A stretch of DNA of 57,774 nt, filler included, from Candidatus Desantisbacteria bacterium CG1_02_49_89 (GTDB taxonomy: Bacteria; Desantisbacteria; UBA1551), in NCBI GenBank assembly GCA_001871075.1. It is 4 parts of 4 records of this genome, joined end to end, with 100 filler letters (N's around TTAATTAATTAA, not from the genome) between each part and the next. Parts side by side here need not be neighbours in the genome. Positions count along the whole stretch, not along the records: positions 31,584 to 45,898 come from MNUP01000073.1; positions 45,999 to 57,774 come from MNUP01000035.1; 2 more parts are not named here. One strand, 5' to 3'. The notes under the pieces were generated by a model. It searched no databases and was not told where the DNA came from. It saw nothing but the letters and a program-made list of their open reading frames with translations. The position numbers and the translations under genes were made by a program. Shown piece after piece: positions 43,742 to 53,463 of the stretch (positions are counted from its first letter, which is position 1; every line of letters begins with the position of its first letter).

Positions 43742-45898
43742 TTATTTTAGTATCAGCAGAAGCGCGGCGAGGGAGAAAAAGAAGATCGCGGTTATTATCT
43801 TAACAGGTATTATATTTTTCTGCGAGAATTCAGCGAACTTCTTTGAGCCGACCCCGAAATACGCGAGCAGAAATACTATAATGAGGGGAATGATGAACAT
43901 CAGGTTATAAAGAAAAAGATAGAAGTAAGCCTGCGCCGCGAGGGCCGGGTCCTTGGTCATAAAAGCAATGGTCGGTATGTATATCTGTCCCGTGCACACG
44001 GCTTCAAGCAAAGAAACAAGCAGTCCCGTGAAAAACGCCCCGGCTATGATCAAAGGCGCGTTTATGTTTTTCCTTATCCAGAAATGTATGCTTTCCTTGA
44101 CTGCCCGGGGAAGCTGGAGCGCTATCCTGCTCGAATCGCCGGTTTTCTTGTAGATATACGCGTCATACAGGCTCATGCAGCCCAGGAATACGGCAACGGC
44201 AAAAATGGCGTAGAAGATAGCGGAAGAAACAACCTTGAACGCGGATATGCTTTGCAGGACCTTAAAAAGCCCCACGCCAAGCATGTAATAAGCGGCAAAA
44301 ACCCCTGCCGCGAAAAATATCCCGTTCAGCAGTATGTCCCGCTTGCTCCTGCCCGCGTAGGTCAGGAAAGAAATAAAAAATATGATAGTCGCGAAAGCGC
44401 AGGGATTTATACCGTCGATAAGCCCAGCGGCTATCACGGCAAACGGGCCGAAAGACCTGAACCTGCGGGCTATCACGCTTTCAGTATTAGCGCCTGCGGC
44501 CTGAAAGGTTTCGGAAAGAGTCTTTTTAAGCGGCTGGGTCTTCTTGGCCTTAATCGCGGCAAGCTCTTCTTCGATCAATTTTTCGAGCTTTTTCTTTATC
44601 TCTATGCTGCCAAGCAGACACCTTCCGCCCACATAAGCTTCCATGGGCACGCTTTTCTTTATCCCGTATTTTTCTTCAAGGCCCACGAGCATCTCGTAAT
44701 TTTCTTTTTTCGAAATATCGAATTCTTTTATTTCGACAGCACCGCCGTATTTGACCCTGATCCCCGGCAGCAACCCTCCCCTTATTTCCTCGCACTGGCG
44801 GCATCCCGGCGAATAAAAATACATAACCTGCAACGCGCCTTTTTGCTGTTTGTTCGGAGTCACAAACTTTTGACTTTTACCTTTTACCTTTTGACTTTTG
44901 ACTTGTATCTTCTCTTCGATTACAGGCCTTTTCACCCTTCCCGTTATCAGAATTGAACTCACCTGCTGGGTCGGGTCATTCGTCTCTATGTATAAGTTAT
45001 AGATAAATGTTTCTCCGAGGACTTCTTCGGAAAAGAAAAACAACTTTATACCTGATTCCCCGAGCGGCTGAATACTGTCCGAGGCAGGAAGAGCGCTAAT
45101 GCATTCGCAGGAAGCCCTTATTTTCCTTAAAACAAGTGTGTCTGACCCGATGTTGCGGACAGGTATCTCGCTTTCAACGGTCCTGCCCTTCTCTATCTCG
45201 CCCCAGTCCAGCTCATCCGGGACCATGATGAACGGGATCGCTCTTCCAAGCTTTGTTTCCGGGACGACCTTTAACGCGGCGGTTTCAGGTGCTGCCGTTG
45301 CTGCAAGTCTTTTTGCTTCCTGCAAAACATCGTATTCCGCCACAAGCGCGGCGGTCTGCGTGTCATCCGAAACTTTGTCGTTAAGCAGCGTCAGCTTGTA
45401 ATCAGAAACCTTCAATATATAATCTTTTTTCTGGATATAGAGCTTGTATGTTGACTGGCCCGGGAACTGGACAAGGTTCGCTTTTGTCGCGATCTTATCC
45501 CTTGTAAGCGTGATCCTGCCCGCGTATTCGCCGTTTTTGCCTGCCTGGACGATAACTGCGTTCCCGGATTTAAGCGGTTTTTCCATCAGGGTCTGCGTGT
45601 GCCCGCCTACAATAATGTCTATTCCTTCCACCTCTTTGGCTAATTTTTCATCCCCTTCGTCTCCGAGATGAGAAAGCACGACAACAATGTCTGCCTTACC
45701 TTTTGTGTCAGCAATGATCTTTTTCAAAACCGCTGCCGGGTCAAGGATCACAAGCCCTTCGATCTTTTCTTTGGGGAAGAAAAGGAACGCCCTGTCATTC
45801 ACAACAGACGCTATCAGGATCTTAAATCCGCCTATATCCTTGATTATGTACGGCTTAGTAAATAATGGGGACTGTCCCGATTTTTGTAAGTCAAAATC
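43742..45898 (-). CDS. Multidomain protein: 5'-nucleotidase-like metallophosphoesterase part + DUF1573 Ig-like + thioredoxin-like CxxC + CcdA/DsbD-like TM domain (5' end truncated at gap)
   Basis: VVLSHLG...IDIIVGGHTQ...QAG..G (metallophosphoesterase); N.GSDTL.L...ASCEC (DUF1573); FYSPGCRQC; GLIDGINPCAF...EAVCTGQIY. The frame stays open to the gap. Confidence 0.82.
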   Translation of the reverse strand, partial: DFDLQKSGQSPLFTKPYIIKDIGGFKILIASVVNDRAFLFFPKEKIEGLVILDPAAVLKKIIADTKGKADIVVVLSHLGDEGDEKLAKEVEGIDIIVGGHTQTLMEKPLKSGNAVIVQAGKNGEYAGRITLTRDKIATKANLVQFPGQSTYKLYIQKKDYILKVSDYKLTLLNDKVSDDTQTAALVAEYDVLQEAKRLAATAAPETAALKVVPETKLGRAIPFIMVPDELDWGEIEKGRTVESEIPVRNIGSDTLVLRKIRASCECISALPASDSIQPLGESGIKLFFFSEEVLGETFIYNLYIETNDPTQQVSSILITGRVKRPVIEEKIQVKSQKVKGKSQKFVTPNKQQKGALQVMYFYSPGCRQCEEIRGGLLPGIRVKYGGAVEIKEFDISKKENYEMLVGLEEKYGIKKSVPMEAYVGGRCLLGSIEIKKKLEKLIEEELAAIKAKKTQPLKKTLSETFQAAGANTESVIARRFRSFGPFAVIAAGLIDGINPCAFATIIFFISFLTYAGRSKRDILLNGIFFAAGVFAAYYMLGVGLFKVLQSISAFKVVSSAIFYAIFAVAVFLGCMSLYDAYIYKKTGDSSRIALQLPRAVKESIHFWIRKNINAPLIIAGAFFTGLLVSLLEAVCTGQIYIPTIAFMTKDPALAAQAYFYLFLYNLMFIIPLIIVFLLAYFGVGSKKFAEFSQKNIIPVKIITAIFFFSLAALLLILK

Positions 45899-45998
45899 NN
45901 NNNNNNNNNNNNNNNNNNNNNNNNNNNNNNNNNNNNNNNNNNTTAATTAATTAANNNNNNNNNNNNNNNNNNNNNNNNNNNNNNNNNNNNNNNNNNNN
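45899..45998. other. Artificial contig linker
   Basis: N run with TTAATTAATTAA. Confidence 0.98.
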
Positions 45999-46711
45999 TT
46001 CGCGTTTGTCTGCTGCAGATGGATGACCGGGGAGACCTTCGCGAACCTGCGCAGCCATTCGTAGGGATCGGTGTCTTTGTCGCTGTGGGGGAAGTTGTGG
46101 CAGCAGGCGTGGCCCACGTCCACCGTAAGGTAAACCGGCACAGCGGAATCCTTGTTGAACTTGTCGTAATATTCCTGCGCTTCATCGAGGGTGTAGGGTT
46201 TTTCGGATGGAACATACATCTGCTCGAGCATCAGGAACTTGAGGCCTTTTTTCCTGCATTCCTCAGCCAGCATCATAAAGGATTTGTAAACGCACTGCAT
46301 AAGGAAATCTTTTTCCCTGGGCCTCATCAGGTTCCTGTAAGGTATGTTGTCCAGGTGGCCCCCCATTCCGGACGCGCCCATGGCCACAGCCACTTCTATT
46401 GCCTCTTTACACCAGTGCTCGCCGTCCTTCCTTACTCCGGGCCTTGCGTCCCCCAGCAGGTTTACGCAGTGGGTTATGGTGCCGGTGTAGTAGTCGTAGA
46501 TGACAACTCCGTCTTCCTTGCATTCCTTCAGGGTTTTTTTCGCGATCTCCGTTCTCGTGGGTTCGGATATCATCAGGGGATCAAGCAGGTCCGAGCAGAA
46601 CTCCACGTATTTCACGCCGATCTTATTGACCACCCACAGCCATTCCCTTGGCTGGGGCCATCTTTTTTTCGCGAACGCGAGGTTTATTCCCAGATGAAGC
46701 TTGGTCGCCAT
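45999..46711 (-). CDS. TIM-barrel sugar-phosphate epimerase (erythrulose-phosphate epimerase-like), 3' truncated
   Basis: LGINLAFA.KRWP.P..W, DLLDP, DVGH and DPY.WL......SP.IHLQQT motifs. Confidence 0.78.
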
Positions 46712-46819
46712 GATTTGCTCCTTTCCTTTAAATGATGATGTCAGCGATAAATACCCAAATTAATACTGTTTTTTTGTTTTTAATCGCTGAAATTGGTCTT
46801 TTATCGCTGTAATCATTAT

Positions 46820-47842
46820 TTATTTGATTTTAACCACATGCGCCGGCATCGCGCCTTCCGCTTTGATCTTTGCCGCGAGCTCTTTTGCTTTTTTTTCGTC
46901 GGTAAATTTCCCGATGTTAACCCTGTAGAAATTGTCCAGGCCCACGGTAGCCTTCTGGGTCCAGGGGTCAAGGCCCTTCTTCTTAAGCTCCCGGACCTGC
47001 GCTTGAGCGTTCTCCTCGCTGATGAACGAACCTACCTGGACTGTCCATACCTGCCTGTCTAAAGGCCATAGGGCGTGTGTTTCAGCCACCGCTATCTTTT
47101 CAACAGGCACAGCCAGTATTTCAATTGTTTCTTCCGAGATCTCTGCGGTCGAAGGCGGAACGCCCTCTTTTATTTCAACCGTTTCCTCAGGGTGGCGTAT
47201 AAATTTCGCCTCAGAGCTCAACGGGTACCTGCGGCACAGGTCGTCCGCGGTGATCTGCGCTACCCTGTCGTTATCCGTTTTCATATAGCAGAGATATGTC
47301 TGGTAAAGCACGTAGGGTTCTATCTCCCGCGTCGGGAAGATCCACCTGTATTCCCGCAGGGCCCGGATATAATCCTCTTTTTTATAATAAGCGTTGGCGA
47401 TCCCGGTCTTTGAAGGGACCACAAACCCAGACCAGGGGTTTGACGAGATGGCCCTGCGGAATTCTTCCACAGCAAGGTCGTATTTGCCGTTTTCCATTGA
47501 GCACAGCCCCATCCTGTACCAGGCAAGGGGGGTCTGCTTGTGCCTTATGAACAGCTTCGTGAATACCTCGTAGTTAAAATGCGCGGTTTCGTATTCCCCC
47601 ATCAGGAACCTGGTTTCCGCTATCGCCATATAGGCTTCCCCGGCTTCATCCGTCCCGGGGAATTTTTCAACCACTTTCAGGTATTTTTCTATTGCCAGCA
47701 GTATATTTTCTTCCTTCCTGGCGCTGTCCATCAGGCCCAGTAGTTCAGCGTTCATTCCCGGCACCTCATACTGGGAGAAAGCCGGCAAGGAAGAGGCAAT
47801 TACCGCGAAAAGGATAATGACCGCAATATTTACTTTTTTCAT
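46820..47842 (-). CDS. Periplasmic TPR (BamD/CpoB-like) + SPOR domain protein
   Basis: Signal peptide at MKKVN; TPRs with FP.T..A / YP.S..A; WTVQVGSF....NA...YRVNIGKF SPOR domain. Confidence 0.88.
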   Translation of the reverse strand: MKKVNIAVIILFAVIASSLPAFSQYEVPGMNAELLGLMDSARKEENILLAIEKYLKVVEKFPGTDEAGEAYMAIAETRFLMGEYETAHFNYEVFTKLFIRHKQTPLAWYRMGLCSMENGKYDLAVEEFRRAISSNPWSGFVVPSKTGIANAYYKKEDYIRALREYRWIFPTREIEPYVLYQTYLCYMKTDNDRVAQITADDLCRRYPLSSEAKFIRHPEETVEIKEGVPPSTAEISEETIEILAVPVEKIAVAETHALWPLDRQVWTVQVGSFISEENAQAQVRELKKKGLDPWTQKATVGLDNFYRVNIGKFTDEKKAKELAAKIKAEGAMPAHVVKIK

Positions 47843-47871
47843 TTCCCCCTCAAAGATTACCACGAAAGCAC

Positions 47872-47924
47872 TCCGCCCGTCTTTCAGCGGGCGAGACTTC
47901 GCCCACCCGGAAAGGATGGGCGAG
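47872..47924 (+). repeat. Double-hairpin element family A (53 nt, intergenic)
   Basis: TCCGCCCG..CGGGCGAGACTTCGCCCA..TGGGCGAG; splits CAC|GAAA of a CACGAAA array. Confidence 0.88.
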
Positions 47925-48118
47925 GAAATCACGAAAACACGAAATAAACAACTTTATAACCTTTATAAACTACCTTTTAACCACGAATTTCCACTAATTT
48001 ACACGAATTATTTTTAACTTTGGAAACTCTGTAAACTATGTAAACTTGTAAGCTTATCAGCCTAAAACTCTGACACGCTGATACGTTGACACGTTGATAC
48101 GCTTTAACTTGTTACTTG

Positions 48119-49243
48119 TTACTTGTTACTTGTTACTTGTTGCGCCATTTGCAGTATTATGGCGGCTATCCTTGCCGCTGCGCACGGCCTGCCGAAGTTC
48201 TTGCTCGCCCTGCCCATTTTTTCAAGGATCTCCGGGTTGTTTATAAGGCTCAGTATCTCACAGGCAAGCCTGCGACCGTTCAAGTCGCTGTCCGCTATTG
48301 TCCGCGAAGCCCCCCTTCCCATAAGCACTTCCGCGTTCAGCATCTGGTGGTTTTCCGCCGCGTAAGGGTAAGGTATAAGGATCGAAGGAAGGCCCCTGGT
48401 TGTTATTTCAGCGATGCTTGTGGCTCCCGCCCTGCATACAACAAGGTCAGCCGCGGCAAGGGCGTCCCAGATATCGTCCATGTATGCATACAGCTCATAG
48501 CTCATAGCTGATGGCTTAAAACCTGAAGTCAGGGATTTAACGGATTCAAAATCGTCACGGCCGGTAATGTGAAGGATCTGGAGATCGGGTTTATCAAGGA
48601 GTTTAAGGGCTTCGGCGAACACGGTGTTGATCTTTCTCGCTCCCCTGCTGCCGCCGAACACCAGCACCGTTTTTTTATTAAGGTCAAGCCCCAGCTTTTT
48701 CATCGAGGTTTCCCTTTCAGCTGAAAGGACCTCTTCCCTTACAGGATTACCCGTAACCTCTATCTTTTCCTTCGGGAAATATTTGCCTGATACTTCAAAG
48801 GTTATGCCTATGCCTGTTGCCGCCTTACCAAGGATCCTGTTCGTAAGCCCGGCAACCGTGTTCTGCTCGTGTATGAAAACAGGGACCCGGAGGAACCAGC
48901 CTGCCAGAGCGACAGGCCCGCTCACGTAACCGCCTACCCCAACGCACACATCGGGCCTGAATTTATTCACTATCGAAAGCGACTGGAAACACGCGGCAAC
49001 GGCGCTGAAGAAAAACGCGGGGTACGTCAGGACGTTCCGCCTGAGGAGCTTTTTAGCGGAAATACTTTCAAATGGGATCCCGGCTTTTTTCACGACAGCT
49101 TCCTCTATGCCGCCCTTTGTGCCGACAAAAAGGATCTTCACTCCCTTGTTTTTCAGGAGCTGTTCAATGATCGCAAGCGCCGGATACAGGTGCCCGCCTG
49201 TCCCGCCCGCAGCAATTAATATTTTTATTTCCTTATTATTCAT
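48119..49243 (-). CDS. murG: Undecaprenyl-PP-MurNAc-pentapeptide GlcNAc transferase
   Basis: GGTGGH.YPA, GGYVS, HEQN..G..N, GNPVR, GGS.GA, RAGA.SI.E and HQ..NA motifs. Confidence 0.96.
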   Translation of the reverse strand: MNNKEIKILIAAGGTGGHLYPALAIIEQLLKNKGVKILFVGTKGGIEEAVVKKAGIPFESISAKKLLRRNVLTYPAFFFSAVAACFQSLSIVNKFRPDVCVGVGGYVSGPVALAGWFLRVPVFIHEQNTVAGLTNRILGKAATGIGITFEVSGKYFPKEKIEVTGNPVREEVLSAERETSMKKLGLDLNKKTVLVFGGSRGARKINTVFAEALKLLDKPDLQILHITGRDDFESVKSLTSGFKPSAMSYELYAYMDDIWDALAAADLVVCRAGATSIAEITTRGLPSILIPYPYAAENHQMLNAEVLMGRGASRTIADSDLNGRRLACEILSLINNPEILEKMGRASKNFGRPCAAARIAAIILQMAQQVTSNK

Positions 49244-49308
49244 TTGTTTAAAAGTTAAAAAGGTTAAAGGGGTTAAAGGTTTTAAACCATAATTCGTGCT
49301 AATTCGCG

Positions 49309-49374
49309 CCGTAGCCCGCCACGAATATTGGCGGGCGGAGGCCCCTGTATTGAGCTGCATAGCAGCTACAGGGG
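49309..49374 (+). repeat. Double-hairpin element family B, copy 4 (66 nt)
   Basis: CCGTA-GCCCGCCA/TGGCGGGC-GGAGG-CCCCTG-N5-AGCTGC/GCAGCT-ACAGGGG. Confidence 0.85.
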
Positions 49375-49396
49375 GAAATTCGTGGTTAAATGTATT

Positions 49397-49558
49397 TCAG
49401 GGGGTAAACGATGAAAGCATCGCGATGATCTTCGAGTAATAGCCCTCAAGGGCGCTTTGAAAGAGCGCGTGCGCTCCCAGGGCAGCAAGCCCCACGAACG
49501 CGGCCGCCATCACGTACTCCACCATCCCCTGTCCTTTTTCCCTGAGTTTTACAATCAT
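49397..49558 (-). CDS. Flp/Fap-like small pilin (53 aa)
   Basis: Not in the ORF track. MIVKLREKG|QGMVEYVMAAAFVGLAALG...: class III signal with Gly(-1), Glu(+5), Tyr(+6) and a hydrophobic helix. Confidence 0.8.
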   Translation of the reverse strand: MIVKLREKGQGMVEYVMAAAFVGLAALGAHALFQSALEGYYSKIIAMLSSFTP

Positions 49559-49569
49559 GTTCGCCTTTT

Positions 49570-49669
49570 GATTACAGTGATTTAAAAAGAGATTACAGTG
49601 ATTACTTTTAAAATATCATGATCAGTTTTTCAATATCACCGTAATCATTAGTTAATAATCACCGTAATC
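49570..49669. repeat. Inverted pair of GATTAC(A/G)GTGATT doublets filling the spacer
   Basis: Same architecture at 52158-52257 and 53719-53854. Confidence 0.9.
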
Positions 49670-49670
49670 G

Positions 49671-50234
49671 TTATTTAAAGGAAACGCTGGCGGCAAGCAG
49701 GATAAGCAGCGAAATAACGCTTGCACCCAGAGCGAACTTTGTTTTCCTGGTTTCTTTCCCCTGCTCATTAAGCCGGGATATCAGCGCGTCCTGCTGAGCT
49801 GCCGCGTCTGAAAGATTCTTTTCAAGCACTGCCATGTCCTGAGCCACACCTGTTACTATTTCGGAAGGCTCTTTCCGCGCTTCTTCCTTTATAAGCGATC
49901 CCCGGATCTCCTCAAACAGGCTTTTAAGCGAAGCAGGTTCTCTGTTCGAGACCTTGTAACCGGGGCTGAGCGCCAGTATTTCTCTTATTTCAGCCTTCAT
50001 TTTCTCGTCGTCGCCGAAAGCCCTGTGTATCTTCATCATATAATAGTGCGCTTTTATTTTGTCTTCGTCAGGCGCGTCAGCGGAGTCAGCTATTCCCCGG
50101 AATTCTTTCAGGGCGTCTTCGTAATACGCTTTGTCGAACAGGTCAATGCCTTTCTTCATCTCCTGCGCCGGGCAGGAACTTTTGACACAGATCACCACAG
50201 ATATCACTGTTACCGCTAAGATCAACTTTTTCAT
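49671..50234 (-). CDS. Exported TPR-like/coiled-coil protein with C-terminal membrane anchor
   Basis: Signal peptide at MKKLI, helical TPR-like segment and terminal hydrophobic helix. Confidence 0.68.
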   Translation of the reverse strand: MKKLILAVTVISVVICVKSSCPAQEMKKGIDLFDKAYYEDALKEFRGIADSADAPDEDKIKAHYYMMKIHRAFGDDEKMKAEIREILALSPGYKVSNREPASLKSLFEEIRGSLIKEEARKEPSEIVTGVAQDMAVLEKNLSDAAAQQDALISRLNEQGKETRKTKFALGASVISLLILLAASVSFK

Positions 50235-50342
50235 TTTAACTCCCGTTAGCAACCACGAATTTACACTAATTTCCACGAATTAAATGAAGTTATTTGCCAA
50301 ATTTGCTAATTCGTGAAAATTCGTGATAATTAGTGGTTAAAA

Positions 50343-50585
50343 TCAGTTCGAGCAGGTAGAGCATTTGTGCGAGCCGCAGGAACCGCATTTTGAACCGGAA
50401 CTTGAGCAGGAGCCTGAAGACGATTTATTATCCGCGCTGTGCGCGCCGTGCACTGCGAACGCGGAAAGCAGTTTGTCTAAATTGCCGCTGCCGCACTTTT
50501 CGCAGTTTATCTTTTCGTCCTTCCTCATTACAAGGGTCTCAAACTCTAACCCGCATTCATTGCACTTAAATTCGCGAATAGGCAT
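50343..50585 (-). CDS. FmdB-family zinc-ribbon protein
   Basis: MPI.EF.C..CG..FE.L.......C.KCGS..L.KLLS.F with a Cys/Ser-rich tail. Confidence 0.9.
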   Translation of the reverse strand: MPIREFKCNECGLEFETLVMRKDEKINCEKCGSGNLDKLLSAFAVHGAHSADNKSSSGSCSSSGSKCGSCGSHKCSTCSN

Positions 50586-50684
50586 CACAACCTCCAAAAT
50601 GCTCATAGCTCATAGCTGATAGCTCATAGTTAGAACAAAATACTTAAGCAGCTGCAATGAGCCATGAGCTATATGCGGCATTTG

Positions 50685-52148
50685 TTATTCTAAAGTGATT
50701 TCTCCGTTCTTGTAAATTATCCGCAAGACAGGCTTGTCGGGCGTTATTTCGACCGCCCGGATCTCGTCTTCATAGTCCGGATGGGTGATCTTTATAGCGT
50801 GCTTCCCGGCTTTGACATTTTTAATGACCCTGCTTCCCTCTCCCTGCGCCGCGTTATCAAAATATATAATTGCGTCCGCCGGGGTCGAGTTAATGTAAAT
50901 TGCCCCGGGTATCTCCTCTTTTTTTGCGGAATAAACCGCCTTGTCTTCTTTAAGGGTGGTAAGCGAAGGGTCCGCGTTGTTCAGGGGAGCCGCGGGTGCT
51001 TTGCTGATCTCACCGGAACTTTCAGCATTTTTCTTTTCCTCCGGGACAGTAACAGCCGCGGGGGCCGCGTTTTCCTCAACTGACTGTTTGGTTCCGGGTT
51101 TATAAAAGAATAAGACCGCTATTATTGTGCACAAAAGCGCTGCGGAAGCGGTTATAATGACCTTCCGGGACATGCCTGATCCTGTTGCCGCTCTGACAAT
51201 TCTGGAGCTGATCACCTGTGTCTGGGCGCCGGCCGTAGGTGACGCGCCGGCAGCGGTGGTATCTTCGGCCGGCTGCAGCAGTGCCGCGGCGTCTTTTTCG
51301 GAAAAAACTATTCCCAGTTCCCTTGCCGCGGCTTCCAGGCCGGTAAGCACTGCCTGCGCTGACCCGTACCTTTTATCCCTGTCTTTTTGAAGGCTTTGCC
51401 TCAGGACCTTCAATATCTCCTGCGGGACCCCTTCAAGTGAACGCAGGTCTGTTTCGATCTCAGCGTTGCGCACTTTCTCCAGTATCTCGAATTCCGATTC
51501 ACCTGCGAACAGCCTGCGGCCGGCAAGCATTTCATACATTACTATACCGGCGGCGAATATGTCCGCGCGCAGGTCCGTGTTTTCCCCTTTCGCCTGTTCC
51601 GGAGAAAGATAGGAAAGTTTGCCTTTCAGCATCCCTACGCTTGTGTTCGAGGGAGCCATGAACGCGGCCCTGGCTATGCCAAAATCGCTGAGCTTCACCC
51701 TGCCTTCGTTCGAAATAAGGATGTTGGACGGGTTTACATCCCTGTGGATCACGTTCTTTGTGTGCGCGAACTGCAAAGCGTTCAAAACGGATGTTATCAC
51801 AAAAAGAGCGGAAGCAAGCGGTATCCCGCTGGGGGATGTTTCCATTTTTTCCGCCCTGTCCAGCACCTGGGCAAGGGTCCTGCCATCCACGTATTCCATG
51901 GAGATATAGTAACTGCCGTCCTGCATCCCCATTTCGTATATGCTGACTATCCCGGGATGGTTAAGGTTCGCCGCGATGACCGCTTCGTTGCGGAACATCC
52001 GGACGAATTCCTTATCCTCGCTTAAGTGGAGTTTTATCATTTTGATGGCGACTATCCTGCGCAGGTCTGTCTGCCTGGCTTTCAGGACATTGGCCATCCC
52101 GCCCCTGCCTATCTCTCCCAGTATCTCGTAGTTCCCGAACTTCTCCAT
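50685..52148 (-). CDS. Hanks-type Ser/Thr protein kinase with TM helix and PEGA domain
   Basis: GRGGMA, VAIK, HRDVNPSNIL, DFGIA and YLSPEQ motifs; TM helix; INSTPADA.IY...G.H.I.I PEGA. Confidence 0.93.
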   Translation of the reverse strand: MEKFGNYEILGEIGRGGMANVLKARQTDLRRIVAIKMIKLHLSEDKEFVRMFRNEAVIAANLNHPGIVSIYEMGMQDGSYYISMEYVDGRTLAQVLDRAEKMETSPSGIPLASALFVITSVLNALQFAHTKNVIHRDVNPSNILISNEGRVKLSDFGIARAAFMAPSNTSVGMLKGKLSYLSPEQAKGENTDLRADIFAAGIVMYEMLAGRRLFAGESEFEILEKVRNAEIETDLRSLEGVPQEILKVLRQSLQKDRDKRYGSAQAVLTGLEAAARELGIVFSEKDAAALLQPAEDTTAAGASPTAGAQTQVISSRIVRAATGSGMSRKVIITASAALLCTIIAVLFFYKPGTKQSVEENAAPAAVTVPEEKKNAESSGEISKAPAAPLNNADPSLTTLKEDKAVYSAKKEEIPGAIYINSTPADAIIYFDNAAQGEGSRVIKNVKAGKHAIKITHPDYEDEIRAVEITPDKPVLRIIYKNGEITLE

Positions 52149-52264
52149 TTTGATTATGATTACAGTGATTCTAAAAGAGATTACAGTGATTATTTTTAAA
52201 TTGCCATACTCAGCTTTTAAATAATCACCGTAATCATTAGTTGAAATCACCGTAATCGGTATTA

Positions 52265-52450
52265 TTAAGCCTTGGGCATCTTGCCGGAACGCAGGCACTT
52301 GGTGCACAGCATAACAGTTTTCACCCTGCCCTTTATCTTGACCTTGGTTTTGTGCAGGTTCGGCTGGAAGGTGCGTTTAAACCCCTGGTGCGAGTGGCTG
52401 ATCTGAAATCCCTGCTGGTGTACCTTGCCGCACAGTTCGCATTTTGCCAT
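52265..52450 (-). CDS. rpmB: 50S ribosomal protein L28
   Basis: MAKCELCGK....G..ISHSH....R.F.PNL...CTKCLRSG. Confidence 0.95.
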   Translation of the reverse strand: MAKCELCGKVHQQGFQISHSHQGFKRTFQPNLHKTKVKIKGRVKTVMLCTKCLRSGKMPKA

Positions 52451-52540
52451 AATTCCTCCGGAATTCGTCATACGTCATACGTCGTAGGTCGTACGTTTAA
52501 ACATTTAAAACGTATGACGTAAGACGTTCGACGCTCGACG

Positions 52541-53341
52541 TTATTTAGCCCGTGCCATTTTTTCGAACTTCCTTGTGGCTTTAGCCACAAAATTGTAATA
52601 CTGCTTCCTTTTCAAAAGGGACGCCGCTTCCTCGTCCAGGAACACGTTGACCCTGCGGTGCAGCTGCAGGACGGAAGCGGTAACCTGCGCCGTTACCCCG
52701 CCCTCTATGGTTATGGAGATGACGTTCGCCTTGCTCTTCCCGTTCGCGAGCAGTATTATTTCCTTCGCCTCCATAACGGTGCCCACGCCCATTGTTATGG
52801 AATAAGTGGGCACTTCGCTCTGGTCTTTGAAGAAACGGGAGTTGTCCTGTATGGTTTCCTCTGTGAGCGTTTTTACCCTTGTGCGGGAGCCCAGCGATGA
52901 GCCCGGTTCGTTGAACCCTATGTGCCCGTCCCTTCCTATGCCCAGCACCTGCAGGTCGATGCCGCCGAATTTCTTTATGCGGCTCTCGTACCAGTCGCAG
53001 TATTCATCTATGTCGCACGGCTTCGCCATGCCGTTGGGCACGTGGACGTTCTTTATATTGATGTCCAGGTGCTTGAAAAGGTTCTCGCGCATGAAACGGA
53101 AATAGCTCTGTTCGTGGTCCTGCGCGATCCCCAGGTATTCGTCCAGGTTGAACGTAACCACGTGTTTGAAGCTCAGCCCTTCATCCTTGTGCAACCTTAT
53201 GAGTTCTTTGTAAAGCCCCAGCGGCGTGCTGCCGGTCGCAAGGCCCATCACAAGGTTCGGTTTTTTAAGCAGCCTGTCCTTTACCTCAAGCGCGGCTTCC
53301 CTGCTCATTTCTTCGTAATTCTTCAGTATGAATACCTGCAT
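52541..53341 (-). CDS. nagB: Glucosamine-6-phosphate deaminase
   Basis: GLATGSTP, TFNLDEY, GGIDLQ.LGIG.DGHIGFNEPGSS and ITMG motifs. Confidence 0.96.
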   Translation of the reverse strand: MQVFILKNYEEMSREAALEVKDRLLKKPNLVMGLATGSTPLGLYKELIRLHKDEGLSFKHVVTFNLDEYLGIAQDHEQSYFRFMRENLFKHLDINIKNVHVPNGMAKPCDIDEYCDWYESRIKKFGGIDLQVLGIGRDGHIGFNEPGSSLGSRTRVKTLTEETIQDNSRFFKDQSEVPTYSITMGVGTVMEAKEIILLANGKSKANVISITIEGGVTAQVTASVLQLHRRVNVFLDEEAASLLKRKQYYNFVAKATRKFEKMARAK

Positions 53342-53463
53342 GTCAACCCCCAATCCAATTATGAATTATGAATGATGAATTATGAGTCAAAAACAAGGAT
53401 TTTTTTATTTAAATTTAACTCCATGCAGTTGATTCATAACTCATAATTCATAACTCATAACTA

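Noticed and set aside
49244-49360. Long N-terminal extensions in the ORF track for murG, the kinase, araD, the epimerase and the TPR-SPOR gene
   Set aside because: They are open-frame read-through of intergenic repeats; family homology starts at downstream ATGs, several with a clear RBS.
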